Shown piece after piece: positions 14,672 to 25,308 of a stretch of 64,000 nucleotides of DNA (positions within the stretch are counted from its first letter, which is position 1; each line of letters starts with the position of its first letter). Below the pieces are notes generated by a model. It had not been told where the DNA came from and did no database searches. It was given only the letters and a program-made list of their open reading frames with translations. Source of the stretch: Candidatus Limnocylindrus sp. (lineage in GTDB: Bacteria > Chloroflexota > Limnocylindria > Limnocylindrales > Limnocylindraceae). The position numbers and the translations under genes were made by a program. Location: the NCBI GenBank assembly GCA_040397215.1, contig JBBAWK010000001.1; one strand, given 5' to 3'.

Positions 14672-15553
14672 ATGCCTTCACTGCAGCACAACCTTTTCGG
14701 GTGGATCTTGGGAGCGATTGCGGCGCTGAAGCCGCCTCGAGACGATGCGCATGCCCGTGCGATGTTCGCGCGAATGCACAGCCAGAAGCCTGCGCTCCCG
14801 CCGAAGGGAATCCTGAAGACGGTGAGCGCAGAGGTTGATCAGACGCTTGGCTTCCCGGTGTGGACTCTTACCCCAAAGAGCGGCAGTACTGGCGTGGAGA
14901 TGGTGTATCTGCATGGCGGAGCGTATGTGGGTGATGCTTCGATCATTCACTGGAACCTGTGCGCAGAGATTGCCCGAACGAGTGGCGCCACGGTTGTACT
15001 GCCGATCTATCCACTGGCGCCTGAGGCAACATGGTCCACATCGTTTGATGCTCTCCTGACGTTGGCGCGAGGGAGCGGCGCCAGTGCCCCCGTGCTGATG
15101 GGTGATTCTGCCGGCGGTGGGCTTGCACTGGCGCTTGCGCAACGCGTCGCCGCAGGCGGTGGCTCACCGCGTGTCGCACTCATCTCGCCTTGGCTTGACG
15201 TGACCATGTCCGATCCCAAGACGCCAACATACGACCGCGCCGATCCCATTCTCAGCGCGCCATTTCTTGAGGTTGCGGGTCTCTTCTGGGCCGGCAGCGA
15301 TGATCCTCGTCGCGCTGAAGTGAGTCCGCAGTTCGGTTCGCTCCGCGGAATTGGCGAGCTGCTGCTCTTTAGTGGCTCGCGCGACGTGCTCTACCCACAA
15401 GCGCTCCGGCTGGTGGCAGATGCGAAAGCCGCCGGCGTCTCCTGCACCGCCTATCTTGAGGAGGGCCTGGTGCACGTGTATCCGCTGCTACCCATCCCCG
15501 AGGCGAAGGGGCCGCGCGCGGCGCTTAGCGCGTTTGTTCGAGCTCACTCCTAA
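14672..15553 (+). CDS. Alpha/beta-hydrolase fold-3 esterase/lipase
   Basis: HGG oxyanion motif (VYLHGGAYV), nucleophile elbow GDSAGG, distal Asp/His (SRDVLY, GLVHVY). Confidence 0.75.
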   Translation: MPSLQHNLFGWILGAIAALKPPRDDAHARAMFARMHSQKPALPPKGILKTVSAEVDQTLGFPVWTLTPKSGSTGVEMVYLHGGAYVGDASIIHWNLCAEIARTSGATVVLPIYPLAPEATWSTSFDALLTLARGSGASAPVLMGDSAGGGLALALAQRVAAGGGSPRVALISPWLDVTMSDPKTPTYDRADPILSAPFLEVAGLFWAGSDDPRRAEVSPQFGSLRGIGELLLFSGSRDVLYPQALRLVADAKAAGVSCTAYLEEGLVHVYPLLPIPEAKGPRAALSAFVRAHS

Positions 15554-16133
15554 GCGCTGCTGCAACCAAGGCGGCGGCACGGCCGCGATGGCTGAGCGCA
15601 TCCTTCTCTGCGGGTGCTCGCTCCGCCATCGTTCGTCCATCCACCTCAAAGATCGGGTCGTAGCCGAAGCCGAACTCCCCTCGCGGCGCTGTTGTGAGAG
15701 CGCCAGCGCACTCACCACGGAAGGAGCGCTCTGAGCCGTTGACGGGATCAATCAGCGCCATGGTGCAGACGAAGCGCGCCGATCGATCGGTGACTCCCGA
15801 TGTTTCGGAGAGAAGCTTCTCGTAATTCTGTTGGTCGGTGGCATCTGGCCCTGCATAGCGGCGCGTGTACACACCTGGTGCACCGTTCAGTGCCGCCACC
15901 TCAAGGCCAGAGTCGTCGGCGAGCGTCCATTCGCTCGAAGCCTCTGCGTACCAGCGAGCCTTCTGCATGGCGTTCGCTTCAAATGTTGCGCCATCTTCTG
16001 GGGCTTCGTCGGTGATACCAAGATCGCGCAGGGTCACCAGGTCAATCGGCAGATCACCGAAGAGGCGCTGTAGCTCGATCAGCTTATGTGCCGAACCGGT
16101 CGCGACGAGGAGCCGCCGTCGCGGCGCGATCAC
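15525..16133 (-). CDS. rdgB: Non-canonical purine NTP pyrophosphatase (RdgB/HAM1)
   Basis: ATGSAHK, DDSGLEV, FGYDPIF and SHRG motifs. 4-nt overlap with rph upstream. Confidence 0.87.
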   Translation of the reverse strand: MIAPRRRLLVATGSAHKLIELQRLFGDLPIDLVTLRDLGITDEAPEDGATFEANAMQKARWYAEASSEWTLADDSGLEVAALNGAPGVYTRRYAGPDATDQQNYEKLLSETSGVTDRSARFVCTMALIDPVNGSERSFRGECAGALTTAPRGEFGFGYDPIFEVDGRTMAERAPAEKDALSHRGRAAALVAAALRSELEQTR

Positions 16134-16843
16134 GCGCCGGCGAGGGTGTCGCGCTGGAACTTGATGAGGTCGGCGATCCCAGCGTCGGCAAGCTTCAACA
16201 TCTCGTCAAGGGCGGTGCGGTGGAACGGATCCTGTTCAGCCGTCCCCTGCAGTTCGACATAGTGGCCAGCGTCGGTGGCGACCACGTTCAGGTCGACATC
16301 AGCACGGCTGTCCTCTTCATACGGCAGGTCGAGAACGGCCTGGCCGTCAACGATGCCGACCGAGACGGCGGCCACGTTGCGCACCAGGTGCGCCTCAAGC
16401 TTCTTCGCACGCATCGCAATGGCAAGGGCGATCCAGCCACCGGTGATGCTGGCGCAGCGGGTGCCGCCGTCGGCAACGAGCACGTCGCAATCAATGAGGA
16501 TTGAGCGCTCACCGAGTTTGGTCAGGTTGACCGACTGCCGAAGGGCGCGGCCGATCAGTCGCTGGATCTCGTGGGTGCGGCCGCCCAGCTTGCCGCGGAC
16601 CGCCTCGCGATCGGAGCGTGTGTTGGTTGCACGTGGCAGCATGCTGTACTCGGCGGTGACCCAGCCGGTCCCCTTGCCGCGAAGGTGTGGGGGCACGCGC
16701 TCTTCAATGGAGGCGGAGCAGATCACCACGGTATTGCCGATCGAAATAATGGCGGAACCCTCAGCCCACTTCTGGACACCGAGTTCAATCTTCAGATCGC
16801 GGAGTTGATCTACGGCGCGCCCATCGGCTCGTACCTTGCTCAT
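16130..16843 (-). CDS. rph: Ribonuclease PH
   Basis: RADGR...EGSA...[18 protein letters not shown]...[15 protein letters not shown] is the canonical RNase PH sequence. Confidence 0.93.
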   Translation of the reverse strand: MSKVRADGRAVDQLRDLKIELGVQKWAEGSAIISIGNTVVICSASIEERVPPHLRGKGTGWVTAEYSMLPRATNTRSDREAVRGKLGGRTHEIQRLIGRALRQSVNLTKLGERSILIDCDVLVADGGTRCASITGGWIALAIAMRAKKLEAHLVRNVAAVSVGIVDGQAVLDLPYEEDSRADVDLNVVATDAGHYVELQGTAEQDPFHRTALDEMLKLADAGIADLIKFQRDTLAGA

Positions 16844-16851
16844 CGTGCCCC

Positions 16852-18081
16852 CTATCCTTTCGCTTCGCGCTCGGCGGCCTTCGCCTCATCCCAGAGCGCA
16901 TCTAATGTGGTGAAGTCTGCATCTTTTAGCACGATCCCGCGTGAGGCGGCTCGGCGCTCGACTTCGCTGAAGCGGCGCCGGAACTTGTCGTTGCCCCCGC
17001 GAAGTGCCGCCTCGGCATCAATGCCGCTGCGGCGACCCAGGTTAACGATGACAGCGAGCACGTCGCCCAGCTCCTCTTGCGCGTGTGCCAACGCGGCAGC
17101 GCTTGATGCCTGCGTGCTGGTGATCTGGTCGGGGTGCCCAGCCTCGGCGAGTGCCTCATCGAGCTCGGCCAACTCTTCGCTGATCTTCGCCCGTACGCCG
17201 TCGAGGGTTGGCCAATCGTAGCCAACGGCACTGGCGCGGTCTTGCAGTTCGCGACTCGCCGAGAGCGCCGGGAGCCCGCGGCTCACCCCGTCAAGCGCAC
17301 CCTTGACCTTCTCGCCATCGCCAGCCGCGGCGCGCTCACCCGCCTTGATTGCCTCCCAGTTTCGCTGCACGTCGCGCGTCGTCGCCGCACTCGCGTCGCC
17401 AAAGACATGTGGGTGTCGACGAACGATCTTGCGCACGAGACCATCCTGCACATCGGCAAGATCGAAGTGGCCACGCTCCTGCGCGATTTGCGAGTGCAGC
17501 ACCACCTGAAGCAGTACGTCGCCAAGCTCCTCGGCGAGGTCGGCGATCGCTCGTGGTCGCTCGCTCTCACTCGCTGATTCAAGTGCCGCGATTGCGTCGT
17601 GCAGCTCCCATGCCTCTTCAATGAGGTGCTTCGCCAGCGAGGCGTGGGTCTGCTCGCGATCCCACGGGCAGCCATCGGGGGCTCGGAGTCGGGCGCTGAG
17701 CCAGGGCATCGTCCACGGTGTGGCGAGGGCATCAAGCGGCTCAAGCCCAGCGATATAGATGGCTTGGTCAGCGACTGCGCCACCGGATGCGCAGGAGCCA
17801 AGGGTGCTGGCACCGCCACTCGGCAGCAGCCTCACCGCTCGTTCGGCGCCGTAGAGGCGCGAAAGGAGTGCGAAACCTGAACCACTGCGGCCCGGCAACT
17901 GGTCACTCGTCGTTGCGCTGTCGAGCAGCACGATGAGTGGGCGCGCCGTGTCAATGGCAACGGCACCGCACTGACTTAGCGCAACGATGGTTATGCCGTT
18001 CGTTGGATCTAGGCTCGCATCGGCACGTTGCGCAGCTGCGATGAGGGCGTCAATCGATCCGCTGAACGCCTTCGCGGTCAC
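16852..18081 (-). CDS. mazG: MazG-family nucleoside triphosphate pyrophosphohydrolase with N-terminal (truncated methylase-like) domain, YabN-type
   Basis: Two MazG repeats ([27 protein letters not shown]; [10 protein letters not shown].. and ..[13 protein letters not shown]). Confidence 0.8.
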   Translation of the reverse strand: MTAKAFSGSIDALIAAAQRADASLDPTNGITIVALSQCGAVAIDTARPLIVLLDSATTSDQLPGRSGSGFALLSRLYGAERAVRLLPSGGASTLGSCASGGAVADQAIYIAGLEPLDALATPWTMPWLSARLRAPDGCPWDREQTHASLAKHLIEEAWELHDAIAALESASESERPRAIADLAEELGDVLLQVVLHSQIAQERGHFDLADVQDGLVRKIVRRHPHVFGDASAATTRDVQRNWEAIKAGERAAAGDGEKVKGALDGVSRGLPALSASRELQDRASAVGYDWPTLDGVRAKISEELAELDEALAEAGHPDQITSTQASSAAALAHAQEELGDVLAVIVNLGRRSGIDAEAALRGGNDKFRRRFSEVERRAASRGIVLKDADFTTLDALWDEAKAAEREAKG

Positions 18082-19817
18082 GGAGTTGGCGAAGCCCCAG
18101 CCTCCTGCACCACGGCTCCGTCAACCGCCACGCGCGCCGCGGAGCGATAGCGGTCAAGCCAAATCGAGAAGCCGCTCGCCTTGATACCTGTGATCTGATC
18201 GGCCGTCAACGCACGCATCTCCACGCCATCAACATGGACGATGAGATAGGTCTTTGAGCTTTCAACGACAGCGCTCGTTCCGCCAGCCTTTAGGCCCCAC
18301 ACTACACTGCCGAGCTCTGGGGTGACCGTGTACTTCGGCACGTAGCCTGGGCTTGCGAAGTTGAGCTCTTCAATTGTATCTGTGGCGGTGGTGGCGGCCT
18401 TTTTGAAGTCCACGCCATCGGCGGCGAGCGCCGTAGCGAGTTCGTCAAGGCGATCCTTCAGCGAAGCTCGGCGCGCGTCGAATTGAATCACGTGATAGCC
18501 GAACTGCGTCTTGATTGGCCCGAGGATGTCGTTGTGCTTCACCCCGCCGGCCCAAATGGCCACCTCGAACTCTGGAACGTAGGTGCCCTTTGGCGCCCAT
18601 GCCAAGAGTCCGCCGTTAGCCCCAGAGGTCTTATCGTCGCTCTTCTTCGCCTCACTCTGAAAACTGGAACCGTTCTTGAGGCGAGCAACCAGGTCGTTCG
18701 CCTCCTTCTCGGCGGCGGCCCAGGCCGGATCAGCTGGATCGAGGTTGCCTGCGGTATTCGGATCATCCTTTGGGCTAAAGAGGATGTGGCTCACTTGAAC
18801 CTGCTCGGCATCCTTCTCTGGAACGGTAGCCGCGACGTAGCTGACCTCGCGTTGCTCGACTGGGCCAGCGAGCAGCTGTGCCGTGATCTTGTCGCTGAGG
18901 GCGGTCTGCAACGCGCGCTCCTCGGCCATGCGCTCATAGAGGCCGCGGTCAATCCCTGCATCGCTGATCTGCTTCTCAAAGTCTGGATCAAGTTTCGAAG
19001 CCTGGGCTTTCTCAAGGCGGAAGATGACAAACTGATTCTCGGAACGTGCGATGACGTCGGTGATCGGCTGCGTAGCGCCATCTGCTGCTGGAGCGAGTGC
19101 CCAGGCAGCTGCATAAGCGAGATCCTCTGTTGGATCCTCGGCCTTCGTGGTCCAACCAACGAGCCCGCCAAGTTCAGCATATGAGTCGGTTGAATCACGC
19201 TTTGCAATTGTGGCGAAGTCGCCACCCGCCTTGATCTCGGTGAGGATCGCCTCGGCCTTCGCCTTCGCTGCTGCGCGTGTGGAGGCGGTCGGCTTCTTGA
19301 TCTTCGTGTCGTTTGCCGCGTCAATGCTGATGCGGCGGAAGAGTCGTAGCTCTGGAAGGGTTGTCTCCTTCGCCCATTCAATTGCAAACGCAGCCGGGTT
19401 AGCAGTGACCTCATTGGCGGCCGCGAGGTCGCGAATGAGAAGCGTGTCGACCATGTCGGTCGTGACCTGATTGCTAATCGCCTGCGCCTGGTCGTTGAGC
19501 GCCTTGAGGGCAGCGTCACCGGCGCTGTTCGTCATGGTGCCAGCGGCAACACGCGCACGAACACGTGAGCCCTGGAGCGCGATCTGAAAGGCCGTGACTT
19601 CGGCGCGCGCCTTGGCCTCAGCTTTGTTGATTGATGCGCTGTTGACCTCAACTGCAGGCGCCCACGTGCCCTGATAAACGGAGTATCCGGCAACTCCGAC
19701 GAGGAGGGCCCCAGCAAGGGCGATCGCAATAACAAATGAGAGGTTGGTCAGCGCCGTTTTGTCGGCGGCCTGAAATCGGGCGGCGGCTCTGGCGCGTAGG
19801 CGTGCGATTGGGTTCAT
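18078..19817 (-). CDS. Membrane-anchored parvulin-type peptidyl-prolyl isomerase (PrsA/SurA-like)
   Basis: N-terminal TM helix. Rotamase motifs VSHILFSPKDD and FGYHVIQFD. GAAGGAGGA precedes the ATG at 19817. ATGA overlap with mazG. Confidence 0.75.
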   Translation of the reverse strand: MNPIARLRARAAARFQAADKTALTNLSFVIAIALAGALLVGVAGYSVYQGTWAPAVEVNSASINKAEAKARAEVTAFQIALQGSRVRARVAAGTMTNSAGDAALKALNDQAQAISNQVTTDMVDTLLIRDLAAANEVTANPAAFAIEWAKETTLPELRLFRRISIDAANDTKIKKPTASTRAAAKAKAEAILTEIKAGGDFATIAKRDSTDSYAELGGLVGWTTKAEDPTEDLAYAAAWALAPAADGATQPITDVIARSENQFVIFRLEKAQASKLDPDFEKQISDAGIDRGLYERMAEERALQTALSDKITAQLLAGPVEQREVSYVAATVPEKDAEQVQVSHILFSPKDDPNTAGNLDPADPAWAAAEKEANDLVARLKNGSSFQSEAKKSDDKTSGANGGLLAWAPKGTYVPEFEVAIWAGGVKHNDILGPIKTQFGYHVIQFDARRASLKDRLDELATALAADGVDFKKAATTATDTIEELNFASPGYVPKYTVTPELGSVVWGLKAGGTSAVVESSKTYLIVHVDGVEMRALTADQITGIKASGFSIWLDRYRSAARVAVDGAVVQEAGASPTP

Positions 19818-19891
19818 GCTCAGTGATCCTCCTTCAGTCAGGGCCTAGTTATGGGCAGTATAGGGGGGGCGGGTGCTATTCTCGCCCTCTC

Positions 19892-20746
19892 ATGACGACC
19901 CACAGCACGGAACTGACCGTCGGCAGGCCGCGCCGGGGCAGCATTGGCACCATTCTTGAGAGCCTCGCCTCCCTTGTGGAGCGCCGCCGCCTCGTCTGGT
20001 ACCTGACGATGTCCGAGATTCGGAACAAAGGGGCAAACTCCCTGCTGGGGAACATCTGGTGGTTCCTCGACCCAGCTCTCCAGCTCTTCGTCTACTTCCT
20101 CCTGGTCAGCGTCATTTTCAATCGCAGTCAGCCGGCAATCCTCCTATTCCTCGGCTCCGCCATCCTCCCCTGGAAGTGGTTCTCCGCTGCGCTCGCCTCA
20201 GCCACGACCTCGGTTCGCGGCCGCGAGCAGGTGATGCGCCAGATCGCCTTTCCCCACATCGTTCTGCCAGCCTCTTCCGTATTTGCAAGCGTCGCGAACT
20301 TCATTTTTGCCCTCGTCCCGCTCGGAGCGCTCTATCTGCTCTACCCTGATCGCCTCAGCCCTTGGTCACTCGCTGTTCTTCCTGTCGCAGCGGTGCAGTT
20401 CCTCTGGACAGTTCCCATCGTTATTGTGCTGAGCGCGGTGGCGGTCTTCTTCCGCGATATTTCAAACTTCATCCCTCATGGCCTTCGTATCTGGTTCTAT
20501 CTCTCTCCTGCACTCTTTCCGCTTGAAAAACTCCAGGCGCTTGGTGATAAACACCCGTGGTTTGGCTTCTTTGTCGCCATCAACCCATTCACCTGGATCT
20601 TCTCCGGGTATCGCGACGCTCTCTACTATGGTCGCCCCCCTGAGTGGGGGGCGCTCGGCATCCTGGCACTCGCCTCTATTCCAGCGACCCTGCTCTCAAT
20701 TTATTTCTTCCGACGAGTCTCACCACTCTTTGTCAAGGTGCTCTAA
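19892..20746 (+). CDS. ABC-2 type polysaccharide/teichoic-acid exporter permease (Wzm/TagG-like)
   Basis: Six TM helices and an ABC-2 signature region (WWFLDPALQLFVYFLLV). Start chosen at MTTHSTE (19892); the track ORF from 19736 overlaps the divergent PPIase gene. Confidence 0.8.
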   Translation: MTTHSTELTVGRPRRGSIGTILESLASLVERRRLVWYLTMSEIRNKGANSLLGNIWWFLDPALQLFVYFLLVSVIFNRSQPAILLFLGSAILPWKWFSAALASATTSVRGREQVMRQIAFPHIVLPASSVFASVANFIFALVPLGALYLLYPDRLSPWSLAVLPVAAVQFLWTVPIVIVLSAVAVFFRDISNFIPHGLRIWFYLSPALFPLEKLQALGDKHPWFGFFVAINPFTWIFSGYRDALYYGRPPEWGALGILALASIPATLLSIYFFRRVSPLFVKVL

Positions 20747-21583
20747 GTGGCGCAGCGCAAGAGCACGCGAACGAAGGTTGCACCTCTACCAATCTTACTC
20801 ACGGGTCTTGGCGTGCAGTACGACCTGCGTCTGAGCAAAAAGCGCAAGCTCCGCGATACGGTGCTACGCGACGGCCGACACTCCCAGAGCGGCAAGTTCT
20901 GGGCACTGCGCGACGTTGACTTTCGTGTTGAGGCGGGCGAATCCGTCGCGGTGATTGGGCCCAATGGTGCAGGTAAAAGCACCATGCTGCAGGTGCTAGC
21001 CGGCATCCTGGAGCCTTCGGTCGGTAAGGTCGCCGTTCGCGGCAAGATTGCCACGCTCCTACAGCTCGGTGCCGGCTTTGACCCGGAACTGAATGCGCGC
21101 GAAAACGCGCTCCTCGTTGGTGAGTTCCTCGGGATCCCCCACAGGGAGATGGTGCGACGAGTGCCAGCGATTCTTGAATTTGCTGGACTCGGTGAATTCG
21201 CCGAGGCTGAGGTCCGCACGTACAGCACAGGAATGCGCGCACGCCTTGGGTTCAGCGTCGCCACCTCGGTTGAGCCCGACGTGCTGCTCCTTGATGAGGT
21301 CCTCTCAACTGGGGATGCCGCCTTCATCGAAAAATCGCGTGGCCGAATCACGGAGCTCATGAAGCGGGCGCGGGCCATAGTGTTCGTGACGCACGATCTC
21401 GACTCTGCAGCCACGTTCTGCACGCGCGCTGTTGAACTTGAGGGTGGCAGGATTGTGGCGGACGGACCAGCAAAAAAAGTGATCGCCGCCTATAAGAAGA
21501 AGATGGCGAAGCGTTCGGCTACGGTGTCACGCTCGGCTCAGGTAGCCCGCCGCGGTAATTCAGGATTACGAGCAACGTCCTAA
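20747..21583 (+). CDS. ABC exporter ATP-binding protein (Wzt/TagH-like) with basic C-terminal tail
   Basis: Walker A GPNGAGKSTML, signature YSTGMRARL, Walker B LLLDEV. The GTG start abuts the permease stop. Confidence 0.85.
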   Translation: MAQRKSTRTKVAPLPILLTGLGVQYDLRLSKKRKLRDTVLRDGRHSQSGKFWALRDVDFRVEAGESVAVIGPNGAGKSTMLQVLAGILEPSVGKVAVRGKIATLLQLGAGFDPELNARENALLVGEFLGIPHREMVRRVPAILEFAGLGEFAEAEVRTYSTGMRARLGFSVATSVEPDVLLLDEVLSTGDAAFIEKSRGRITELMKRARAIVFVTHDLDSAATFCTRAVELEGGRIVADGPAKKVIAAYKKKMAKRSATVSRSAQVARRGNSGLRATS

Positions 21584-22394
21584 CGGAGTCTAAGTCGAGG
21601 GTCGGCTGCACATCTGCGCTCTGCAGCACAGCCGAGGCGACGCTGTTCACGGCGACCACTCGGCCTACAGAGAGCCCTCGCGGGAAGGCTGATCGCAGTG
21701 TCGGGCCGAGCTCAATTCCAGAGGTGGTGATCTCCGCCCCAACAAGCACCTGGCGTTGTGCGTCGACATCATCGAAGGCGAGCGGGTTGGCGGCACGCCC
21801 GCGAACCTGCCCGATCGCACCGGTTGAGGCGACCTCAGAGGTGACCGAGAACTCGGGGTCGGTGAGGAGACGGACCTGGCAGCTCTGATCGGAAACCTGC
21901 ACAACGCGCCCTGCGAGTGAGGCGCCCACCCCAATGACGACGTCACCAATCTTTACGCCATCGGCGCTCCCAACATCGAGAATTATGTAGCGCCGATCAA
22001 TCGCGAAATCCCGCGCAACAACCTGAGCCGCAACCGTTGCAAACGAGGTTGTCGCACGCAGGTCGAGCGTCGCCTGGAGCTCCGCTACCTCACGCTCAAG
22101 ACTGGCAATGCGGGCGGCCTCAGAGGCGAGCTGATCGCGCTCCCGGAGCAGCGCTGCGAGGCGAGCCTGGAGACTACGAATGTCGACGAAGAGATCGCGA
22201 ACCGATACGGCCCCTCGCCCCACCGCGGCAACGGGCTCGCTGAGGGTGCGCACCACCTGTCCCACTGCACCTTGCACGGCAAGAACTGGCGCGCTGCCCG
22301 AGAGTAAGAAGAGGAGCCCGTTGAAGAGCAACACAACGCCAACGGCGACAAGGCCAGCCTGCGGATTACGCTCTCCACGATCGCGGGGGAGCAT
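21519..22394 (-). CDS. mreC: Rod shape-determining protein MreC
   Basis: N-terminal TM helix, coiled coil (LQARLAALLRERDQLASEAARIASLEREVAELQATLDL), beta-rich C-terminal domains. It directly follows mreB. Confidence 0.8.
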   Translation of the reverse strand: MLPRDRGERNPQAGLVAVGVVLLFNGLLFLLSGSAPVLAVQGAVGQVVRTLSEPVAAVGRGAVSVRDLFVDIRSLQARLAALLRERDQLASEAARIASLEREVAELQATLDLRATTSFATVAAQVVARDFAIDRRYIILDVGSADGVKIGDVVIGVGASLAGRVVQVSDQSCQVRLLTDPEFSVTSEVASTGAIGQVRGRAANPLAFDDVDAQRQVLVGAEITTSGIELGPTLRSAFPRGLSVGRVVAVNSVASAVLQSADVQPTLDLDSVRTLLVILNYRGGLPEPSVTP

Positions 22395-22400
22395 GGGTCC

Positions 22401-23453
22401 TTAGCGCAGGGGGCGCTGATAGGTTTCGGGGACGAGCATCTTCTCGAGCGCCTCAACCTCGTCAAGAATGATGCCGGTGCCGCGCACGACGCAGGTTAGC
22501 GGATCATCGGCGATGCGAACTGGCATCTTTGTTTCGGCAGAAAGGCGCACATCCATACCGAGCAGGAGTGCACCACCACCAGCAAGCACGATGCCCTGGT
22601 CCATAATGTCAGCCACGAGCTCTGGTGGTGTCTCTTCAATAGTGTCGCGCACGGCATTGATGATCTCAACGATCGAAGGCTCAATAGCCTCACGCACCTG
22701 CGGCGCCGCCACCTCTACCGCGCGAGGCAGGCCGGTGAGTAGATCACGTCCACGGAAGGTGATGCGCTGCGAGTCCCACTCGCCAGAGTGCGCCGAACCG
22801 ACCGCCATCTTGATATCTTCGGCGGTGCGCTCACCCAGGAGCAGGTTGTACTGACGTCGGGCGTAGGCAACGATGTTCTCATCCATTTCGTCGCCCGCAA
22901 TGCGAATGCTCCGCGCCGTCACGATGCCGCCGAGGCTGGTGACCGCAACCTCCGTGGTGCCGCCGCCAATGTCGACGATCATGCTGCCGTTTGGCTCACC
23001 TACGGCGAGGCCGGCTCCAATAGCCGCGGCCATCGGCTCCTCGACAAGGCGCACCCAGCGCGCGCCCGCTCGAATGGCAGCATCGCGCACGGCACGCTTC
23101 TCAACTTCGGTTACCCCTGAAGGAATGCCGATGATCATGCGCGGACGGGCAGAGAGCCATCCGCCTTGGTGCACCTTGCGTACGTAGTAGCTAATCATCT
23201 GCTCGGTGACCGCGGCGTCGGAGATCACGCCATCGCGGAGAGGTCGAATCGCCACGATATTCGCGGGGGTACGCCCGAGCATGCGCTTCGCCTCAGCGCC
23301 GATGGCGAGAACCTTGCGCGATTTGGACTCTACCGCAACGACCGAGGGCTCGCTAATGACGACACCCTTACCAGCGACGTGGACGAGCGTATTCGCCGTG
23401 CCGAGGTCAATGCCGATGTCGCGCGAGAAGAGGCTATAGATTCGGTCAAGCAT
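22401..23453 (-). CDS. mreB: Rod shape-determining actin homologue MreB
   Basis: IGIDLGTANTLV, VIGIPSGVTEVEKRA, MIVDIGGGTTEVAV, GIVLAGGGALL. Start chosen at MLDRIYSLF (23453). Confidence 0.93.
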   Translation of the reverse strand: MLDRIYSLFSRDIGIDLGTANTLVHVAGKGVVISEPSVVAVESKSRKVLAIGAEAKRMLGRTPANIVAIRPLRDGVISDAAVTEQMISYYVRKVHQGGWLSARPRMIIGIPSGVTEVEKRAVRDAAIRAGARWVRLVEEPMAAAIGAGLAVGEPNGSMIVDIGGGTTEVAVTSLGGIVTARSIRIAGDEMDENIVAYARRQYNLLLGERTAEDIKMAVGSAHSGEWDSQRITFRGRDLLTGLPRAVEVAAPQVREAIEPSIVEIINAVRDTIEETPPELVADIMDQGIVLAGGGALLLGMDVRLSAETKMPVRIADDPLTCVVRGTGIILDEVEALEKMLVPETYQRPLR

Positions 23454-23496
23454 GGCGCGATGGTAGCACCCACTCCGCGCACCCCCGCCCTCCCCC

Positions 23497-24174
23497 CTAT
23501 GGCGCCTCACCACCCCAGATCGCGGGCTGCTTCGAGCGAATGCTCACCCAGCGACCATGCCCAATGACGAGGTGGTCCAGGAACTCAATGTCGAGCAGCC
23601 GAGCGGCGGCGAGGAGTTCGCTCGTCAGCCGGAGGTCTTCGTCTGAAGGCTCTGGGTCACCGCTCGGATGGTTGTGGACGGCGGCGAAGCCGACACCATG
23701 CGCCTCAAGGACCGGACGCAGGAGCTCACCGATGCGCACACTCGTGCCCGTCGCTGTGCCCGTATAGACGTGGCGCAGGTCGAGCAGCCCGTTGCGACCA
23801 TCAACAATGGCGATGTGAAGCTGCTCCTGTGCCGACCTGCCGAAGATCGGCTGAGCGATCGCGGCGAGATCGGCCGGCGCCTGAACGCGGGTTCGCTCTG
23901 CGGGCCACCAGGCGGTGAGATCGTGCGCGGCGTTCACGGTGCGAACCACCAGTTCAGCGGCCTCGCTCCGCACGCCAGCGCGCAACAGCCTCTCGATTGG
24001 GTTCCCCTGCAAGAGCCCGCCTGGCCCTCCACTGAGTTCTACCAGGTCGTGCGCGGTGTGCGTTGAGCCGCTCTGCGCGAGCAACGCATCGAGTGCCCTA
24101 ATGAAGCGCTGATCACGATCGCGCTGCTCTAGACTCATATCGCTGGGTACAGCCGCTGCTATGGCGAGACTCAT
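23497..24174 (-). CDS. radC: RadC-family JAB/MPN domain protein
   Basis: HNHPSGDPEPSDEDLRLT JAMM motif, in the conserved radC-mreB-mreC order. Confidence 0.85.
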   Translation of the reverse strand: MSLAIAAAVPSDMSLEQRDRDQRFIRALDALLAQSGSTHTAHDLVELSGGPGGLLQGNPIERLLRAGVRSEAAELVVRTVNAAHDLTAWWPAERTRVQAPADLAAIAQPIFGRSAQEQLHIAIVDGRNGLLDLRHVYTGTATGTSVRIGELLRPVLEAHGVGFAAVHNHPSGDPEPSDEDLRLTSELLAAARLLDIEFLDHLVIGHGRWVSIRSKQPAIWGGEAP

Positions 24175-24314
24175 TGAACCTCCGCGGCGTAGACCTGGCG
24201 GCCAACATTGGCACCTTCGGCAGAACGGCGAGCCCGCCGTTTTCCCGCCGCCCTACCGAAGGCAAGCGCATCCTCTCGCGCGCCGCGTATCAGGCGCGTA
24301 TGTACCTGGTCCCG

Positions 24315-25298
24315 CTATGAGAGGGCAATGACAGCGACGATGGCAAGGTTGTACGAGGCGTGCAACGCGATCGTCGCGAGGAGCGATCGTCGGCGAATCC
24401 AGAGCCACCCAAGCGCAATCCCGAGTGGAAGCCGCACCGCGAATGTGACAGCAACAACGCTCGCAGCATCGCCGACAGATGTTCCACCAACCGTAAGTGT
24501 GTGCGCGAAGGCGAAGACGATCGCAGAGAAGAGGATCGCTCGGCGTGCAGATGATTGCCGCGCCCAGGCCTGTGCGATCACACCACGGTAGAGAAGTTCT
24601 TCACCGATCGGTGCGATCAGACCAGCGGTTAGCACGTTTGCGGCTAGGTCCAATGCACCCATCGCTGGTGGCAGGACTACTGGGGCGCTTAGCCCAGTGC
24701 CGTTCATAACGAGCGTTGCAAAGAGGCCGGCGGCACTCAGGATCGGCAGGGCAAGGGCAACGCCCCAGAAGAGATCGCCGGCGAGTCCGCCACGACGATC
24801 AGGTGGTGGTAGCGTTTTTGGTGAAGCGGCTCGTGTCGCAAAGATCAAATCTCGCCAGTGCACTGCGCCGCTGCCAACCACCACGAGGCCTATGATCAGA
24901 ACCGTCGCAGCGTTCGATGCCGCCGCCAGGGCGAGGGTTCCAAGTGGCGTACGCAGCAGCGCGAATGCCGCACCAACCGAGGTGAGCGTTGCTCCGACGA
25001 GTAGCTGTGCGAGCAGGGCCCACGGAATCGTCGTCCAGAAGATTGCGAGCGGACCAGGACCGCGCCAACCCGCAGCGGGCGTATCGACGCGCCGCTGCAG
25101 TGCGGAAGCCCCTGAGAGAGCGATGCCACCAACGCCAACCAAGACGAGGGCGAACATGACAAGCCCAACGCCTGCACCTGCGAACCCCGCGACAAGGGCA
25201 CTGGCTCCGACGACGGTAGCGAGCAGGCCAATGACGTAAAGCGCCGGCGCTTCACGCCCCGCAAGTTGTAGTGGCCCTAGGCGCGGCACCGTGCTCAT
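24315..25298 (-). CDS. CPBP (CAAX) family intramembrane glutamic endopeptidase
   Basis: Polytopic. Motifs EELLYRG, FAFAH and HASYN. Confidence 0.8.
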   Translation of the reverse strand: MSTVPRLGPLQLAGREAPALYVIGLLATVVGASALVAGFAGAGVGLVMFALVLVGVGGIALSGASALQRRVDTPAAGWRGPGPLAIFWTTIPWALLAQLLVGATLTSVGAAFALLRTPLGTLALAAASNAATVLIIGLVVVGSGAVHWRDLIFATRAASPKTLPPPDRRGGLAGDLFWGVALALPILSAAGLFATLVMNGTGLSAPVVLPPAMGALDLAANVLTAGLIAPIGEELLYRGVIAQAWARQSSARRAILFSAIVFAFAHTLTVGGTSVGDAASVVAVTFAVRLPLGIALGWLWIRRRSLLATIALHASYNLAIVAVIALS

Positions 25299-25308
25299 TC
25301 GTTCGCCG

